Positions 62,387 to 64,000 of a stretch of 64,000 bases of DNA are shown here, in pieces. Origin of the DNA: Ranitomeya imitator. Its lineage: Eukaryota. A program made the translations under genes and the position numbers. The notes under the pieces are model-generated. The model was not told the origin of the DNA. It made no database searches and saw only the letters and a program-made list of their open reading frames with translations. How positions within the stretch are numbered: the first letter of the stretch is position 1; each line of letters begins with the position of its first letter. The stretch is taken from contig NC_091284.1 of assembly GCF_032444005.1 (NCBI RefSeq), forward strand, positions 433,814,001-433,878,000. The letters are read 5' to 3'.

Positions 62387-63757
62387 TACTAGTCACAGAA
62401 GGTGAAGAAAGAGTCAGAGAACCTCCAAAAGCAGACGAGTGGAAGCATGTGACCAAAAGAAGCAAGAAAACCATGGAGACATTACCAACCACACAACTGA
62501 GAAACCGATACCAAGGATTTGTGGAGGACGCAGATGGCACACCTAAGGATGAGGCACTACCAGCAAGCAAAGAAGAAAAGGGCGCACAGCAACACCCAGA
62601 AGTGACAACAAAATGTACAGCCAAGAAGCAAAGATGAGAATGCTTGGTCTGGGGGAAAATGGGTGTAAATGGGTAAGTAACTGGCTTAGTGATAGAAAGC
62701 AGAGGGTGGTTATAAATGGTATAGTCTCTAATTGGTTCACTGTGACCAGTGGGGTACTGCAGGGGTCGGTGTTGGGACCTATTCTCTTCATCATGTTTAT
62801 TAACGATCTGGTAGAAGTTTTACATAGTAAAATATCGATATTTGCAGATGATACAAAACTATGTAAAGCAGTCAATACAAGAGAAGATAGTATTCTGCTA
62901 CAGATGGATCTGGATAAGTTGGAAACTTTGGCCGAGAGGTGGCAGATGCGGTTTAGAAATGATAAATGTAAGGTTATACACATGGGAAGAAGGAATTAAT
63001 ATCAGCATTACACACTGAAAGAGAAACCACTGGGTAAATCTGACATAGAGAAAGACTTGAGGATCCTAGTTAATGATAAACTTACCTGGAGCAGCCAGTG
63101 CCAGGCAGCAGCAGAGAAGGCAAACAAGATCATGGGGTGCATTAAAAGAGGTCTGGATACACATGATGAGAGCATTATACTGCCTCTGTACAAATCCCTG
63201 GTTAGACCGCACCTGGAGTACTGTGTACAGTTTTGGGCACCAGTGCTGAGGAAGGATATAATGGAACTAGAGAGAGTACAAAGGAGGGCAACAAAATTAA
63301 TAAAGGGAATGGGGAACTACAATACCCAGAGAGATTAGCAAAATTTAGGATTATTTAGTATAAAAAAAAGATGACTGAGGGGCGATCTAATAACCATGTA
63401 TAAGTATATAAGGGGACAATACAAATATCTCTCCGAGGATCTGTTTATACCAAGGAAGGTGTCGGTCACAAGGGGGCATTCTCTGCGTCTGGAGGAGAGA
63501 AGGTTTTTCCACCAACATAGAAGAGGATTCTTTACTGTTAGGGCAGTGATAATCTGGAATTCCTTGCCTGAGAAGGTGGTGATGGCAAACTCAGTCGAGG
63601 GCTTCAAGAGAGACCTGGATGTCTTCCTGGAGCGTAACAATATTGTATCTTACAGTTATTAGGTTCTTTAGAAAGACGTAGTTCTGGGGATTTATTTTGA
63701 CGGAATATAGGCTGAACTGGATGGACAAATGTCTTTTTTTGGCCTTGCTAACTATGT
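62387..63757 (+). mobile_element. CR1 LINE, internally deleted (ORF1 remnant fused to RT 3' half), right part
   Basis: ORF1 remnant to ~62625, then SGVLQGSVLGP, FADDTKL and YKSLVRPHLEYCVQFW; TAACTATGTTAC tail. Confidence 0.92.
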
Positions 63758-63761
63758 TACT

Positions 63762-63990
63762 TTGTAGGCCGTAAGTAGCAACTGCAGGAGAAGGACTGTT
63801 TCCAAACACGTGCACCTTAATGCGGTATTCAACCATTTCCTTGTCAGTGTTGTTGTCTCGGTGCCATAAAAAACAGATAATTTCTGTGGTCTTGTCGCCC
63901 GATGAAACAATAGAACATTTGTTTCTTGGATGATATACTCCAAAAAAAAGGTAGATACCAGCATTATTCATTCTTTTGCAAGGGTGGAGG
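63762..63990 (-). pseudogene. BEL/Pao LTR retrotransposon RT fragment
   Basis: FLWHRDNNTDKEMVEYRIKVHVFGNSPSPAVATYGL resembles the BEL/Pao FLW...Y.M.VH.FG..SSP motif. Confidence 0.75.
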
Positions 63991-64000
63991 TGGCTCTGCA

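Overview
Eukaryotic vertebrate DNA, most likely anuran (inferred from the protein sequence and TE repertoire), with one 132-N assembly gap at 20453-20584. The only host gene I can support is the 3' part of dtx2 (Deltex E3 ubiquitin ligase 2) on the + strand. It has five coding exons (9828/9831-9898, 13006-13164, 24852-25013, 35971-36060, 37390-37614) encoding the RING-H2 and Deltex C-terminal domains through the stop codon. Most of the remainder is nested transposons: a 5'-complete L1; a DIRS1-type tyrosine-recombinase retroelement with ITRs and ICR; four Penelope-like (PLE) loci; an intact Tc1 DD34E transposon plus Tc1 fragments; CR1, L2 and BEL fragments; four non-autonomous Helitrons; and many TTAA-, TWA-, TA- and 8-bp-TSD MITEs. 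The most notable signal is a set of hammerhead-ribozyme motifs in PLE terminal repeats. One has an intact core (57473-57515, minus) and lies in a near-intact 7.2-kb Penelope that split a CR1 element with a 17-bp target-site duplication. Another pair forms a 314-bp hairpin inserted with a 16-bp TSD upstream of the first visible dtx2 exon. These belong to known element classes; I found no evidence of a wholly new gene system. All calls were made by eye, without database searches.
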